DNA of 64,000 bases, from contig CM120644.1 of assembly GCA_051362555.1 (NCBI GenBank), positions 814,954 through 878,953 on the forward strand. The letters run 5' to 3'. Below, in pieces: positions 63,651 through 64,000 of the stretch. This stretch comes from Lingula anatina. Lineage: Eukaryota > Animalia > Brachiopoda. Within the stretch, counting starts at the first letter, position 1, and the number at the start of each line of letters is the position of its first letter. The notes beneath the pieces are model-generated. The model made no database searches. It was not told the DNA's origin and worked only from the letters and a program-made list of their open reading frames with translations. Position numbers and translations under genes: made by a program.

Positions 63651-64000
63651 GTATCCAAAATGCGCATCCAAAACGTACATATTTTGGCAAGGACTTGTTT
63701 TTGCAAAACACCGGATGAATTGAGGCGAGATTTAACTACTGTACCCCTGCAGGGACGACGCATGGGGAGACGGGTGACAGGCGGAGAACCCATAACAGGT
63801 TTAAGCGATCTTCCTTTCATGTAGGTCTGCCATATCTAGCATTGTTGCATGAAAAGACATTAAAATGACCTGAAATGTTTTTATTTTTGGTACAAAACAC
63901 AGGTACACGATCATAACGTACACTGTAAAAACATCCAAGTGCCTGTTTTGTCTGATTTTTTTCAATGCATTTAGCTCCTAAGCATGTTTTACACCTAAGC

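Larger units (their letters stand above)
34116..64000 (-). mobile_element. Large Ginger1-type DNA transposon; left end 34116, right end apparently beyond the window
   Basis: Begins TGTTGTGCCAAAATAGGTACG with repeated GCCAAAATAGGTACG motifs exactly where NLR intron homology breaks. Encodes an intron-containing Gypsy-like integrase. Reverse-complement motif copies reappear at 63623-63705. The NLR intron does not resume in the window. The right boundary is inferred. Confidence 0.7.

Overview
AT-rich eukaryotic DNA, probably from a marine invertebrate (inferred from the repeat and NLR families). The left half is a tandem cluster of NLR immune-receptor genes on the + strand. NLR-1 (1381-11601, 6 coding exons assembled by hand, about 1441 aa) has a DZIP3-type HEPN domain, CARD, NACHT and degenerate LRRs. 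NLR-2 (21090-31155, 5 coding exons, about 1040 aa) has CARD-NACHT-LRR but no HEPN. A third copy is seen only as promoter and first exon (about 33640-34115). It is cut at 34116 by a Ginger1-type DNA transposon that appears to run past the window end (at least 30 kb). That element encodes a 12-exon integrase-Ulp1-PHD protein on the - strand and carries several small spliced units. One of its introns holds a full-length, defective Gypsy LTR retrotransposon (40787-46127). The most striking signal is in this Gypsy: it has no tRNA-type primer-binding site, and the bases just after the 5' LTR are instead perfectly complementary to the junction created by removing a 120-nt GT-AG intron inside the LTR. 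This suggests splicing-dependent self-priming of reverse transcription. LINE, MULE, ISL2EU-like, Kolobok-like and Helentron-like remnants and tandem repeats fill the rest. All exon structures are read from splice signals and frame continuity, not from transcripts.
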